Shown piece by piece: positions 49,555 to 59,368 of a DNA stretch of 64,000 bases. The notes under the pieces were generated by a model. It made no database searches and was not told the DNA's origin. It saw nothing but the letters and a program-made list of their open reading frames with translations. The position numbers and the translations under genes are program-made. The stretch's first letter is position 1; the number at the start of each line of letters is the position of its first letter. Source of the DNA: Fimbriimonadales bacterium (GTDB taxonomy: Bacteria > Armatimonadota > Fimbriimonadia > Fimbriimonadales > JABRVX01); contig BTVI01000004.1 of NCBI GenBank assembly GCA_045862955.1, forward strand, positions 1 through 64,000, read 5' to 3'.

Positions 49555-50162
49555 TGCTTCTTTCGCTCTCTCATTGCACGGAGCGCCTCTTGCATGGCCT
49601 TCACGTGCTCGGAATCGATCAAGGTCGCTGTAAAGCGGTGGTCAGAACCCGACTGGATGGTCTCCAGCTTCAGACGGCAAACATCCTGTTCGCGTCCATA
49701 GTTACGGATGGTTCTTCCAGGCTGCCGTTCTACGACCGGCTCGCCGAAGCTCTTCTCATACCTCTGAGCCCATAGCGTCGCGTCAGCGCTCGCCACCGGT
49801 GCGATGCTGTGGCTAATTTCTACGAGGCGTCCGTCTCGGAAGTAGGCAATCAGCGTCTGCGCCGGGCTCTGCCTGGTGCCATCGGGCTGCACCCACGCTA
49901 GCATGTCGAAGCCCGAGGGTAGTTCAGCGTCCGGCAGTTCCTTTGCACCGTGCGGCATGGGGTAGGCATTCTGGACTTCAGTGCGAGTCGCCCCCAGCCG
50001 CACTGCCACCGATCCGTTCGCGTCGAGCAGTGCGAACCGAGCACGGTCGGTATTCGGGGAAGGCGCCGCGCTGGAAGGAGCTACCTCCGGGGGGCCGCTT
50101 CTGCACCCGGCCAGCAGCGCCGCACAACAGCAGACGAGGAGAAGGGGGATTCCGTGTCTCAT
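49551..50162 (-). CDS. Hypothetical lipoprotein
   Basis: Lipobox LAGC; LGATRTEVQNAYPMP, MLAWVQP. Confidence 0.8.
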   Translation of the reverse strand: MRHGIPLLLVCCCAALLAGCRSGPPEVAPSSAAPSPNTDRARFALLDANGSVAVRLGATRTEVQNAYPMPHGAKELPDAELPSGFDMLAWVQPDGTRQSPAQTLIAYFRDGRLVEISHSIAPVASADATLWAQRYEKSFGEPVVERQPGRTIRNYGREQDVCRLKLETIQSGSDHRFTATLIDSEHVKAMQEALRAMRERKKQ

Positions 50163-50228
50163 AAGCTAGCTGCCGCACGGCGAAGTGCCGTGCGGCAATC
50201 GTCGTTGCTAACGTCCGATGACGTCTGC

Positions 50229-50504
50229 CTAGTTGCCGCCCCCCGTTCCCGTTGCAGGAGGCGTCCCACCCTCGGTAGGAGTCTTGGCGCCCTCGTCGCC
50301 GGCTGGCGGCGTGGTGGACGTACCGGTGTCGCCCGTCCCAGTTTCGGTCGGGGGAGTCGTAGTGGCGTCTCCGCCGCTCGGCGTCTCAGGCTTCTGCATC
50401 TCGTTCTGGTCACCGCCGCCATTCGTCGTCTCGGCGCCCTTGCAGCCGCCCACGATTCCGATGGCGATGCAGGCGAGCATCAGCCATGCGATCTTTCTCA
50501 ACAT
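50229..50504 (-). CDS. Small Thr/Gly/Pro-rich lipoprotein
   Basis: GGAGG RBS, MLRKIAW..VGGC lipobox, low-complexity tail; TAGAAT upstream near 50583-50588. Confidence 0.75.
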   Translation of the reverse strand: MLRKIAWLMLACIAIGIVGGCKGAETTNGGGDQNEMQKPETPSGGDATTTPPTETGTGDTGTSTTPPAGDEGAKTPTEGGTPPATGTGGGN

Positions 50505-50624
50505 CTGCTTGATCCTCCGTTCATTCTGCTGGTCGGCGGCGCGGGCCTTGCGGCCCAGCACTTCCGTGCCGCCGACAATGGCATTCTACCCACAAAACGA
50601 CTAGGTTCTGCGCAAGTGGTGGTC

Positions 50625-51767
50625 CTAGGACGTTCCGGGAGCACGGAGCGAGTTCACCGCAGCGTCCATCTCCCGGCAACGTCTGACGGCCTCGGTAACC
50701 GAGAGCCTCTCGTATGGCGACGCAGAGTGTGCTTGGAAGACTCGCCTAGCCTTCTCCGGCATGGCCTGGAGGATGGCCTCCTCCGAAGCGGACGGGGGCA
50801 ACCCCAGGAGACGGCCAGCCCGACGCAGGGCATCCTGTCGAACCGACTGCAACGCGGGGCCCGCAAGGCCGGCCTCTCCATAGAGGCGGGCCAAGGCTGC
50901 GACATAGTCTCCGAGAGGTGGCGGCTGCTTCGGCCGATGGGCTGGGTATCCCAAGCGTGAGCCTTGGGAGATCGCCAGAACCCCGAATAGCAGCAGAGCG
51001 TGGTACACGAGGGCGCGCCCCGGCCGCCCGATGCGTCCCCACAGGCTCGCCGACTCGTCCTCCACAACGCCGTGGATCGTCTCGTCGAAAGCGACCGAGT
51101 GAGCCCCGCGGGCTGCCAGTCCGATCAGCCGGATCGCGGCCTCGGCGTGGTCCGCTTTGCCGAGGTGTTCGTTCGTGAACGGAGCGGCGTCTGCGACTGC
51201 CACCAGCCATCCCTCGCCGTACGCCCGAGCTACGGCTACCGGCTCGGCGCCTCTCGCCATAAGAACGATCCAGCCATGGTCATACTGACGGAGAGCGCGG
51301 CGGGTAACCACTTGGACGCCGCCCATTGCGGGATGAACCGAGCAAGCAGGTCCCCGTGCAAAGACCGGGGACAGTCCGATCTTCTCTCTGACCCTGGGAA
51401 GTTCTGCCGCCCCGAACAGGACGACGGTGGACCCGGATCGCGCCAGCGCTAGCACGGACTCCCAGCCCGGCGGGCGGTCGTCTTCTTGCACGCGAAGTTG
51501 CCTGCCCGGGGCAAGCCCGCCCGCCGCGAGCACCAGAACCGGCGGCGCCTCTCGGATGCGGTCCAGCGGTGTGCGCGAACGCCACACCTCGTAGCCCATC
51601 GCTGCCGCCAAGCGGTACAAGGCCGCCAATCCGCCTGGTCCGGTGGAGTACGTCGAGCGGGAATCCGGATCGCGCTGCCGCCTAGACAGGATGGATGCGC
51701 CCCCGAAGATGGTGAGGAGAATTCCAGCAATCAGGATGCCCGCAATGATTCTTCCGCCGAGCCTCAT
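50625..51767 (-). CDS. DUF4350-like membrane protein
   Basis: STYSTGPGGLAAL, FTNEHL, FDETIHG, RLGYP, YVAALARLY. Confidence 0.8.
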   Translation of the reverse strand: MRLGGRIIAGILIAGILLTIFGGASILSRRQRDPDSRSTYSTGPGGLAALYRLAAAMGYEVWRSRTPLDRIREAPPVLVLAAGGLAPGRQLRVQEDDRPPGWESVLALARSGSTVVLFGAAELPRVREKIGLSPVFARGPACSVHPAMGGVQVVTRRALRQYDHGWIVLMARGAEPVAVARAYGEGWLVAVADAAPFTNEHLGKADHAEAAIRLIGLAARGAHSVAFDETIHGVVEDESASLWGRIGRPGRALVYHALLLFGVLAISQGSRLGYPAHRPKQPPPLGDYVAALARLYGEAGLAGPALQSVRQDALRRAGRLLGLPPSASEEAILQAMPEKARRVFQAHSASPYERLSVTEAVRRCREMDAAVNSLRAPGTS

Positions 51768-52690
51768 CGGGCAATCTCCTGGCAGGCGGCGTCGACACGC
51801 TCGAAGTGCTCTCTCGCCTCATGCACCTGTTCTGCCGTGACATGGCCCGATCCGTACCAAGCCCCGTCGTAGGCCAATACCAGCGGCTGCAGGTGCGCAA
51901 AGCGCGCTGCGTCGTGCCGACGCGCACGGCGAACGTACTCTCCGTTTGTTAGGCCCGGCTCATGGCGAATGATGCCTGCTTCGTCTAGTCTTGCCAAAGC
52001 GGCAAGCAACAGGTAGCGCAGTGCAGCCCTGAGGTCGCCGAGAGCCGCCGATTCGTCTGCGAGCCGAAGCCACTCGCGGGAGCTCGCCTGCGTGTACGGG
52101 TGGTTGCCGCCTGCCCTGTGTCCCTTCGCCGAGGCTTCGACGGCTGCCAGACGCCGCAGCACCACCACCGTCACCCCCACAGCGACTGCCACCGCCGCGG
52201 CGACAAACCCCACCCACGTCAGGAAGCTGTCCAGAGCCGCCGCACTCGGGGCGAGTCGAGAGGTGAGGCTTGCGAGCCACTGCAGGAAGCGCTGAATCCG
52301 TTCGGCAAGCCACTCACCGAGGGTTCGGCGATCGGAAGGCGGCGCGAACACAGGGTCTTGCAGGATGCGGCGGGTCTGCTCCGACACGCCGGCAGGGATG
52401 GGTGGCATCTCCAGCCTGTCGAGTCGACGAAGGTTCATCAGCGTTCGGAGAGCTTCATCGCGCTTCGCCGAGTCGCCCGAAAGCGCAGCCTGCAGGTCGG
52501 GATCCCGAAATCCTGCTTCGATCAGTTCCGTAGCCACCTTAACCCGCTCGGACTGGCTGCCGTGTGTTAGTGCACGCTCCGCTCGCTGCAGCAGCTCGCC
52601 GTGGTCCGCGAGGAGGCTACAGCAAGTACTCAGAAGCAGCAGGCTCGCGACGAAGGTTCTTCGCCAGCAGCTCCACATCGAAGGCCTCAT
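51764..52690 (-). CDS. DUF4129-like membrane protein
   Basis: GDLRAALRYL, TNGEY, YDGAWYG; start uncertain. Confidence 0.78.
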   Translation of the reverse strand: MRPSMWSCWRRTFVASLLLLSTCCSLLADHGELLQRAERALTHGSQSERVKVATELIEAGFRDPDLQAALSGDSAKRDEALRTLMNLRRLDRLEMPPIPAGVSEQTRRILQDPVFAPPSDRRTLGEWLAERIQRFLQWLASLTSRLAPSAAALDSFLTWVGFVAAAVAVAVGVTVVVLRRLAAVEASAKGHRAGGNHPYTQASSREWLRLADESAALGDLRAALRYLLLAALARLDEAGIIRHEPGLTNGEYVRRARRHDAARFAHLQPLVLAYDGAWYGSGHVTAEQVHEAREHFERVDAACQEIAR

Positions 52691-53597
52691 TCCTAATGCG
52701 AATGTCGAAGTATGTTAGCACGATGGCGGCGGACATGAAGGGGACTACCAGGATGCTGAGCGCACCCGACAGCACCAGCTTAACCCCTTCTTGAAGTGCA
52801 TTCACCCCACTCAGGCTGATGATCGGCTCGTCCGAGAAGAGCTGACCTCCGCCGAAGGGTAGAAACGTCACGGACACGGCCAGCTCCGCGACGAGAGACA
52901 GCACCAGGCTCACGAGGCCCAGGAGGATGAGGATGCCGAGCGTGCGGAAAAACCGCGAGATGCCGAGTCGCACGCTGCGCGCGACCGCTCCGAGCACGCC
53001 GGCTTGCTCCACTACGATCACGGGCGCGACGAAGGCAAGTAGCACCGCAAGGAACAACGCCACGATCGAGAAACCACACATGCCGAGCAACACTATCACG
53101 GCTGCTGCATAGGGCGACATGTCACCCAAGGCCCCCACCACTCCGAGCGCCATCCCGAACACGCAGATGGAGGCGAATAGCGCCGTCCCTACCAGAAGGA
53201 AGCTACCGATTATCCGCCACATGTTGCCTGCGATACCACGTCGCACATCCTGTGCAGTGACCGGATTCCCGAGGTACCGTTCTGCGATCGCGTACGTGAT
53301 CGCGGCCTGCTGATAGGCCCATGCGATGAGCGCCACCGGTGTTAGCAGCAGCCATGTCAGCGCGATGCCAAAGCCGACATCGGTCGGCTCTACCAAGTAC
53401 AAGGGCGCAATCGCCGCAATAGAAGTCCAAGCAGTGATGATTAGCGCGGGGAGCCAGATCACCGAGAGGAAGAGCTTGGCATTTTCGCGATAGAGGCCGA
53501 GTGCCTCGTCGAAGATCTCGCCGACCCCCATGGGACGCAAACGGAATTCGCTGCGGCGCCTCGCCTTTCGCGTGAGCGGGGGCGGTTCAGTGCTCAC
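52617..53597 (-). CDS. Polytopic membrane protein (family usually found beside DUF4129/DUF4350)
   Basis: LRPMGVGEIFD, VIVVE..RSVRL, YFDIRIRNEAFD. Confidence 0.8.
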   Translation of the reverse strand: MSTEPPPLTRKARRRSEFRLRPMGVGEIFDEALGLYRENAKLFLSVIWLPALIITAWTSIAAIAPLYLVEPTDVGFGIALTWLLLTPVALIAWAYQQAAITYAIAERYLGNPVTAQDVRRGIAGNMWRIIGSFLLVGTALFASICVFGMALGVVGALGDMSPYAAAVIVLLGMCGFSIVALFLAVLLAFVAPVIVVEQAGVLGAVARSVRLGISRFFRTLGILILLGLVSLVLSLVAELAVSVTFLPFGGGQLFSDEPIISLSGVNALQEGVKLVLSGALSILVVPFMSAAIVLTYFDIRIRNEAFDVELLAKNLRREPAASEYLL

Positions 53598-53612
53598 CAG
53601 ACCCGGCCTGGC

Positions 53613-54740
53613 TTAGCGCAAGAGCTCGCGCGAGATGATGATCCGCTGAACTTCGGACGAGCCCTCGCCGATCTCGCAGAGCCTTGCGTCTCGCCAGTAC
53701 TTTTCGACATCGTACTCGGTAGTGTATCCACGCCCACCGAAGATCTGCAACATTCGATGCGTAATGCGCGACGCTGCTTCGGTGGCAAAGAGTTTGGCCT
53801 GCGATGCGGCCAGATGCACCTCTCCGCCCTCGTCGTAGATGCGCGCTGCTTTGTGAATCAGCAGCCGTGCGGCTTCGATCTCCGTGGCCGAGTCGGCTAG
53901 CATCCACTGGATCGCTTGGTTCTGTGCGAGAGGACGGCCAAACTGCTCACGCTCCTTCGAATACGGAATCGCGGCCTCCAGTGCCGCCTCGGCGAGGCCT
54001 AACGCCATCGCTGCGATCCCGATCCGGCCTCTTTGCAACAGCCCGATGGATTCCGAGAAAGTGCCGGGAGTGCGCCACCCGATGGCCTTGTCCAGACGGA
54101 AGCGAGTCGTATAACTAGCCTTCACTCCCGTGGTCTCGATTCGCGGCTCGTTCTGGTAGCCGGGCTGGCCGGTCTCCACGAGGAACGCACCCATCTCCTG
54201 CTCAGAGATGCGTGCGATGACTACCACTAACTGCGCCCGCGCTGCGTTGGTGATAAACATCTTCTCGCCGGTGAGGTACCAGCGGTCCGGGCCGTAGACG
54301 TCTTCTGGTGCAGGCACCGCAGTAGTTCGCACGCCGCGTGCGTCGCTTCCGGCAGTGGGTTCGGTCAGTGCCCAGCCCATTCGCCATTCGCCACTGACGA
54401 TCTTGGGCAGATAGAGCGCCTGCTGCTCTGGAGTGGTGAACCGCACGAGATGACCGGCACAGAGGGCGTTGAGAGCAGCAACGTTCATGGCCAATGCGCC
54501 ATCGCCTTTGGCCACCTCTCGTACCGCCTCCGCATAGCACCCGCAGCTAACGCCACTCCCTCCGAGCTCTTGCGGGACCACCATGGTGAGAAGGCCGAGC
54601 TCCGTAAGGATTGGCCACAGGCTGTCCGGCCAGCCACCATTAGCCTCCCAGGCACGGTGATTGGGCCGCACCTCCCTCTCGACGAACTCCCTCACGCGTG
54701 CCAAGAATTCCAGCTCACGCTCGCTCAGTTGCAGCAACAT
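53613..54740 (-). CDS. Acyl-CoA dehydrogenase
   Basis: ALTEPTAGSD, GEKMFITN, GRIGIAA, REQFG, QIFGGRGY, IGEGSSEVQR. Confidence 0.95.
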   Translation of the reverse strand: MLLQLSERELEFLARVREFVEREVRPNHRAWEANGGWPDSLWPILTELGLLTMVVPQELGGSGVSCGCYAEAVREVAKGDGALAMNVAALNALCAGHLVRFTTPEQQALYLPKIVSGEWRMGWALTEPTAGSDARGVRTTAVPAPEDVYGPDRWYLTGEKMFITNAARAQLVVVIARISEQEMGAFLVETGQPGYQNEPRIETTGVKASYTTRFRLDKAIGWRTPGTFSESIGLLQRGRIGIAAMALGLAEAALEAAIPYSKEREQFGRPLAQNQAIQWMLADSATEIEAARLLIHKAARIYDEGGEVHLAASQAKLFATEAASRITHRMLQIFGGRGYTTEYDVEKYWRDARLCEIGEGSSEVQRIIISRELLR

Positions 54741-54828
54741 ACCGATCTCCCCCTCGAGACGCAATCGTGGCAGCCATTGCCCGACCCGTACAGAGGCTCA
54801 GGATACCCGCCGGCCCGCATCCCAGTGC

Positions 54829-55500
54829 TTATTGCTCGACGGCAGAAGGACGAGCAATCGCCCACGGGATGTGCAGCACCAGCCCACGCTCTGCGGCCAG
54901 GTCTCGGATGCGCTCCATCAAGGTGAGCGCGAACCGTCGCCGCGCCTCCTTCTCCTCGAGTCCCTCCGCCACCGAGGCGTAGGTGAACGGCTCTCCCCAA
55001 ACGACGCTGATTTTGGCCCGCCGGGGCAGCTTCGCACCCCTAGGCAGGAACCGATCGGATCCCACCACCGCCACTGGAATCACGGGTGCGGAGGTGAGCT
55101 TGGCGAGTAGCGCGACGCCCTGGTTCGGCTCTCCTAACGACTTGCCGTCCCCACGGGTGCCTTCGGGGAACACGAGCACGGCCTCGCCAGCGCGTAGCAG
55201 TGACTGAGCCTTACGAATCGCAGCCAGGTCCGCCGAGCCTCGGTCAACTGGAAATGCTCCCACCATCCGCAAGACCCGGCCAACTACGGGCACGAACAGC
55301 TGCTTCTTGGCCATGAAGCAGAGGGGGCGGTGCGTCGCGCTTCCAACGGCAGGCGGATCGGCAAAGCTCAGGTGATTCGGTGCGACAATCAGCGGGCCAC
55401 TCTCTGGCACGCGCTCCTCGTGTACCCACTCCAACCCCCCCGCCGCAGCAAAAAGCCCTCGGAAGGCGGCGCGTCCGACACAGTAGAGCAGTCGTCCCAC
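54829..55500 (-). CDS. plsC: 1-acyl-sn-glycerol-3-phosphate acyltransferase
   Basis: NHLSFAD, FMAK, FPEGTR, VIPV. Confidence 0.92.
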   Translation of the reverse strand: MGRLLYCVGRAAFRGLFAAAGGLEWVHEERVPESGPLIVAPNHLSFADPPAVGSATHRPLCFMAKKQLFVPVVGRVLRMVGAFPVDRGSADLAAIRKAQSLLRAGEAVLVFPEGTRGDGKSLGEPNQGVALLAKLTSAPVIPVAVVGSDRFLPRGAKLPRRAKISVVWGEPFTYASVAEGLEEKEARRRFALTLMERIRDLAAERGLVLHIPWAIARPSAVEQ

Positions 55501-55501
55501 C

Positions 55502-56170
55502 CTACTCCTCCAGCAGCGCGATGATACGATCCACGACCTGCTCGACGCTTAGGTCGCTGGAATCTATCAGGACAGCATCCTGCGCGCGTCGCAGAGGCGA
55601 GTCTTCCCTCGTGCTATCACGGTGGTCGCGCTCCATCTGTTGCTCCAGGACCTCCGCAAGAGTGGTCTCGATACCCCTAGCGGCTAGCTCCTCGTAGCGG
55701 CGACGGGCGCGAACCTCGGGCGAGGCGTCGAGGTAGACCTTGAGGTCTGCATCCGGCGCGACGACGGTCGTGGTGTCGCGGCCTTCCAACGTCCATCCGC
55801 CGGAAGCGATGATACGGCGTTGCGCCGCGACCATCGCTCGCCGAACAGCTGAATGCACAGAAAGGGCGGAAGCCAGGTCGCCGATTTCGGGAGTCCGTAT
55901 CTCCTCGGTGACGTCGCGACCATTGCAGATGACCCGCTGTGCTGCAGGCGGACCTTCGAAACATACCTGCAGACTGGCTGCCAAGTCGCCCAGTTGCTCA
56001 GGCGGCGCGTCGGCGATCTTCGCCTTCACGGCTTCCAACGCTAGCGCACGGTACATGGCGCCGGTGTCTAGATAACGAAGGCCGATACGTTCGGCGAGGG
56101 CCTTTGCAACGGTGCTCTTGCCTGCGCCCGAGGGTCCGTCAATCGCAATGACCAGGCCGTCACGTTTCAC
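55502..56170 (-). CDS. cmk: Cytidylate kinase
   Basis: IAIDGPSGAGKST, LDTGAMYR, EGRD, RDHRDSTR. Confidence 0.96.
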   Translation of the reverse strand: MKRDGLVIAIDGPSGAGKSTVAKALAERIGLRYLDTGAMYRALALEAVKAKIADAPPEQLGDLAASLQVCFEGPPAAQRVICNGRDVTEEIRTPEIGDLASALSVHSAVRRAMVAAQRRIIASGGWTLEGRDTTTVVAPDADLKVYLDASPEVRARRRYEELAARGIETTLAEVLEQQMERDHRDSTREDSPLRRAQDAVLIDSSDLSVEQVVDRIIALLEE

Positions 56171-57458
56171 GAATGTCCGCTCCGAGGGAACGCATCATCT
56201 CGACGAAACCGGGGAAGCTAGTGTCTACGCACTCGACATCCTCGACGACCGTCTCGCCCTCGGCCGCGAGCCCTGCTACCGCAAGGCTCATCGCGATCCG
56301 GTGATCACCGTGGCTGCACACGACGGCTCCCCGTAGTCGAGTCGGTCCACGCGCTAACAGACCGTCGTGGGTGTCGCGGATGTCTGCCCCCATCTTTCGC
56401 AACTCCCCGGTGATGGTGGCCAATCGGTCGCTCTCCTTATGCCGTAGCTCGGAGGCGCTCGATAGCTCGGTGAATCCATCGGATTGCGTTGCAGCGACGG
56501 CGAAGACTGGGACCTCGTCCACCATGCGCACCACCAAGTCGCCTGCAGCGCTGAGGCCCGAGAGGGTGCAGTGCCGAGCCGTCATGTTGGCGACCGGCTC
56601 TCCGGCTTCCTCTCTTCGCTCGGTTACGGCCAAGTCGGCACCTGCCCCGATCAAGACCTCTAGCAGACCGGTTCGCGTGGGGTTGTCGCCAACGCCGAAG
56701 ACTTCCACCGAGGAGCCTGGCACGATCAGGCCCGCAACCAGGGGGAAGGCTGCCGAGGACACGTCCCCGGGCACCTCGACATCGGCAGCCCGCAGCGTAG
56801 CGCCACCGCGGACCGCTACGCTCAGGTCAGAGCGCTCTACCTCCGCGCCGAACGCAGTGAGCATTCGTTCTGTGTGGTCCCTGCTGAGCGACGGCTCGGT
56901 AACGACGGTCTCGCCCTCTGCCCGCAGGCCCGCCAGCAGCACGCAGCTTTTCACCTGAGCGCTTGCGACAGGGCTCTCGTACCGGATGCCGCGTAGCTTC
57001 CCACCTCGAATCGTCAGCGGGGCAAGACGTCCACCCTCCCGCCCATCCACCATGGCCCCCATCCTGCGGAGCGGCTCGACGATCCGTGCCATCGGACGAC
57101 GCCGCAGCGAATCGTCCCCCGTGATCACCGAGAGGAACGGGCACCCCGCCAGCACCCCTGCCATGAGTCGGATCGTCGTCCCGGAGTTGCCGGCGTTCAG
57201 CACATCCTGTGGCTCGCTGAGTGGACCGCCGGTGACCGACCACTCCCCAGGGCCGAGCCGCTCCACCGGCACGCCCAGATGGCGCAGGATGCGAGCAGTC
57301 GCTAGGCAGTCCTCCCCTTCCAGCAAATTGCGAATGTTCGTGGTCCCTTCCGCCAGTGCGCCCAGGATAAGCGCGCGGTGCGAGATGCTTTTGTCCGGAG
57401 GGCAGTTAACTCTCCCGACCAGAGGGTGCCCCCCCTTCACACGCCAGGACCGAGTCAT
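56160..57458 (-). CDS. aroA: EPSP synthase
   Basis: DKSISHR, GNSGTT, RRPM, SAQVKS, RDHTERM, KESDR, DHRIAM. Confidence 0.97.
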   Translation of the reverse strand: MTRSWRVKGGHPLVGRVNCPPDKSISHRALILGALAEGTTNIRNLLEGEDCLATARILRHLGVPVERLGPGEWSVTGGPLSEPQDVLNAGNSGTTIRLMAGVLAGCPFLSVITGDDSLRRRPMARIVEPLRRMGAMVDGREGGRLAPLTIRGGKLRGIRYESPVASAQVKSCVLLAGLRAEGETVVTEPSLSRDHTERMLTAFGAEVERSDLSVAVRGGATLRAADVEVPGDVSSAAFPLVAGLIVPGSSVEVFGVGDNPTRTGLLEVLIGAGADLAVTERREEAGEPVANMTARHCTLSGLSAAGDLVVRMVDEVPVFAVAATQSDGFTELSSASELRHKESDRLATITGELRKMGADIRDTHDGLLARGPTRLRGAVVCSHGDHRIAMSLAVAGLAAEGETVVEDVECVDTSFPGFVEMMRSLGADIRET

Positions 57459-58309
57459 CGGTTGGTCTCGTCCTTTAGCCGCTTCGCCTCGCTTAGGAGT
57501 TCGAGCACCTTTTGGTCGTCGTGAGCCTGAATGAAATCGCGCATCTCCTTTAGATGGTATTCGAGGTCGTGCAGAGCGGAGACTACTTCGTCGCGGTTGT
57601 TAGCAATGATGCTCTGCCACAACTCTGGGGAGCTTGCGGCTACGCGGGTCAGGTCGGCCCAGCTAGGGCCGGCCATCTGCGGATGGGTCAGCATCGCGCT
57701 CATACGCATCAGCGTGGCGGCAAGCACGTGGGGCAGATGCGAGAGCACGGCGGCGTGACGGTCGTGCTCCTCCGGACTGAGCAGCAGCGGCTTGCTACCG
57801 ATCGACTCCACCAGGCCCTGTATGGTCCTGAGCGCAGCCTTGTCGGTATCCGCAGTAGGGGTCAGTACCCACGTCGCCCCCTCGAAGAGGTCCGCGGTCG
57901 CATGCGCTGGCCCAGAGTTGGCCCGCCCGGCCATCGGATGCCCCCCGACGAATCGGGGTCGAAATCGCAGGGGGTAGGTCTTGGTCCACGAGACGATCCC
58001 GGCCTTGACGCTCACGGTGTCCGTCACGATGCACCCGTCCCGAGCGAACACGTCCGCCTCCACGAGGCACGGGACGACGGCGGGCGGTGGAACGGCTAGC
58101 ACGAGGATGTCCGCTGCAGCCAGGTGGTTCAAGGTTTCGTAGGTCTGCTCGACCGCGCCGACCTGCAGTGCAGTGTCGCGCGCTTCGGGGTCGGTATCGA
58201 AGCCGAACACCTCCTTGCACACACCGTGTTTTCTAAGGGCGAGGCCCAAGCTCGAACCAACGAGGCCGAGCCCGACGATGCCAACCCGACCGAAACTCCT
58301 ACGCCGCAT
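57455..58309 (-). CDS. tyrA: Prephenate/arogenate dehydrogenase
   Basis: GLGLVGSSL, TDTVSVK, GGHPMAG, HDRHAAVLSHLPH, DLTRVA; ATG 58309. Confidence 0.93.
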   Translation of the reverse strand: MRRRSFGRVGIVGLGLVGSSLGLALRKHGVCKEVFGFDTDPEARDTALQVGAVEQTYETLNHLAAADILVLAVPPPAVVPCLVEADVFARDGCIVTDTVSVKAGIVSWTKTYPLRFRPRFVGGHPMAGRANSGPAHATADLFEGATWVLTPTADTDKAALRTIQGLVESIGSKPLLLSPEEHDRHAAVLSHLPHVLAATLMRMSAMLTHPQMAGPSWADLTRVAASSPELWQSIIANNRDEVVSALHDLEYHLKEMRDFIQAHDDQKVLELLSEAKRLKDETNR

Positions 58310-59327
58310 GGCCTCCGAGCTTGCGCCCGACAGCAGCAGCCACCTTCTCGGCGGCCGCCATGAGCGCCTCGAATGCCTCGAATGTGAGGCTCTGCGCTCC
58401 ATCCTTCAGAGCCTTGGTCGGCTCGGGGTGCACCTCGATCATCAGCCCGTCTGCTCCAGCGGCAATGGCTGCGAGTGCGACGGCAGGCACCAGCCCAGAG
58501 CGCCCGGTACCATGGCTCGGGTCGGCGACGACGGGAAGGTGGGACAGGTCCTTCACGAGCGGGATGGCATTGATGTCGAAGGTGTTGCGAGTTGCTTGCT
58601 CGAACGTGCGGATTCCACGTTCGCACAGGATGATGTGCTCGTCGCCCCCGCTCGCCAGGTACTCGGCGGCCTGCAACCACTCCTCGATGTTGGAAGCCCA
58701 GCCGCGCTTCAACATCACCGGCAGCCGAGAGCGACCGATCTCTCGAAGCAGACTGAAGTTCGCCATGTTGCGCGTACCCACCTGAAGGATGTCCGCGTAT
58801 TTGGCTACCAGCTCGACGTCCCGCGTATCCATCACTTCGGTGATCACGGGCAGGCCTGTCTCATCGCGCGCCGCAGCGAGTATCCGGAGGCCGTCTTCAC
58901 CCATGCCGTGGAAGCTGTACGGCGAGGTGCTCGGCTTGTACGCGCCACCACGAAGTATAGTAGCGCCTGCGGCTTTCACCTGGCGCGCCGTCTCGAGAAG
59001 CATCTGCTCGTTCTCCACCGTGCAGGGGCCGGCCATCACGGTGATCGTCGAACCGCCGATGGTCACTCCGCGAACGTCGAATACCGTGCCTTCCGGCTTC
59101 GCGGCACGAGCTACCAGCTTGTAGGGCTTCAGGATCGGAACGACTTCGTCTACGCAGGGCAGGCCATAGAGACGGTCCCGAAGCGTGAGAGGCTCGTCAC
59201 CGATGATGCCTACGATGGTGCGCTCGACACCGCGCGAGAGGTGTGTCCTGTAACCCTGGTTCTGGATGAACTCGATAAGCCCGTCCAGCTCCTCATCTGG
59301 CGTGCCCGGCTTGACTACGACGATCAT
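58299..59327 (-). CDS. aroF: DAHP synthase type I-beta (copy 2, aro operon; KPSTS variant)
   Basis: MAGPCTVE, GGAYKPSTSPY, QVGTRNM, LKRG, CERGIRTFE, DPSHG; TATACT and GGGAG upstream. Confidence 0.93.
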   Translation of the reverse strand: MIVVVKPGTPDEELDGLIEFIQNQGYRTHLSRGVERTIVGIIGDEPLTLRDRLYGLPCVDEVVPILKPYKLVARAAKPEGTVFDVRGVTIGGSTITVMAGPCTVENEQMLLETARQVKAAGATILRGGAYKPSTSPYSFHGMGEDGLRILAAARDETGLPVITEVMDTRDVELVAKYADILQVGTRNMANFSLLREIGRSRLPVMLKRGWASNIEEWLQAAEYLASGGDEHIILCERGIRTFEQATRNTFDINAIPLVKDLSHLPVVADPSHGTGRSGLVPAVALAAIAAGADGLMIEVHPEPTKALKDGAQSLTFEAFEALMAAAEKVAAAVGRKLGGHAA

Positions 59328-59368
59328 TCAGCATCTCCCAGTCTGAACCCGGCGAGTATACCCACGGG

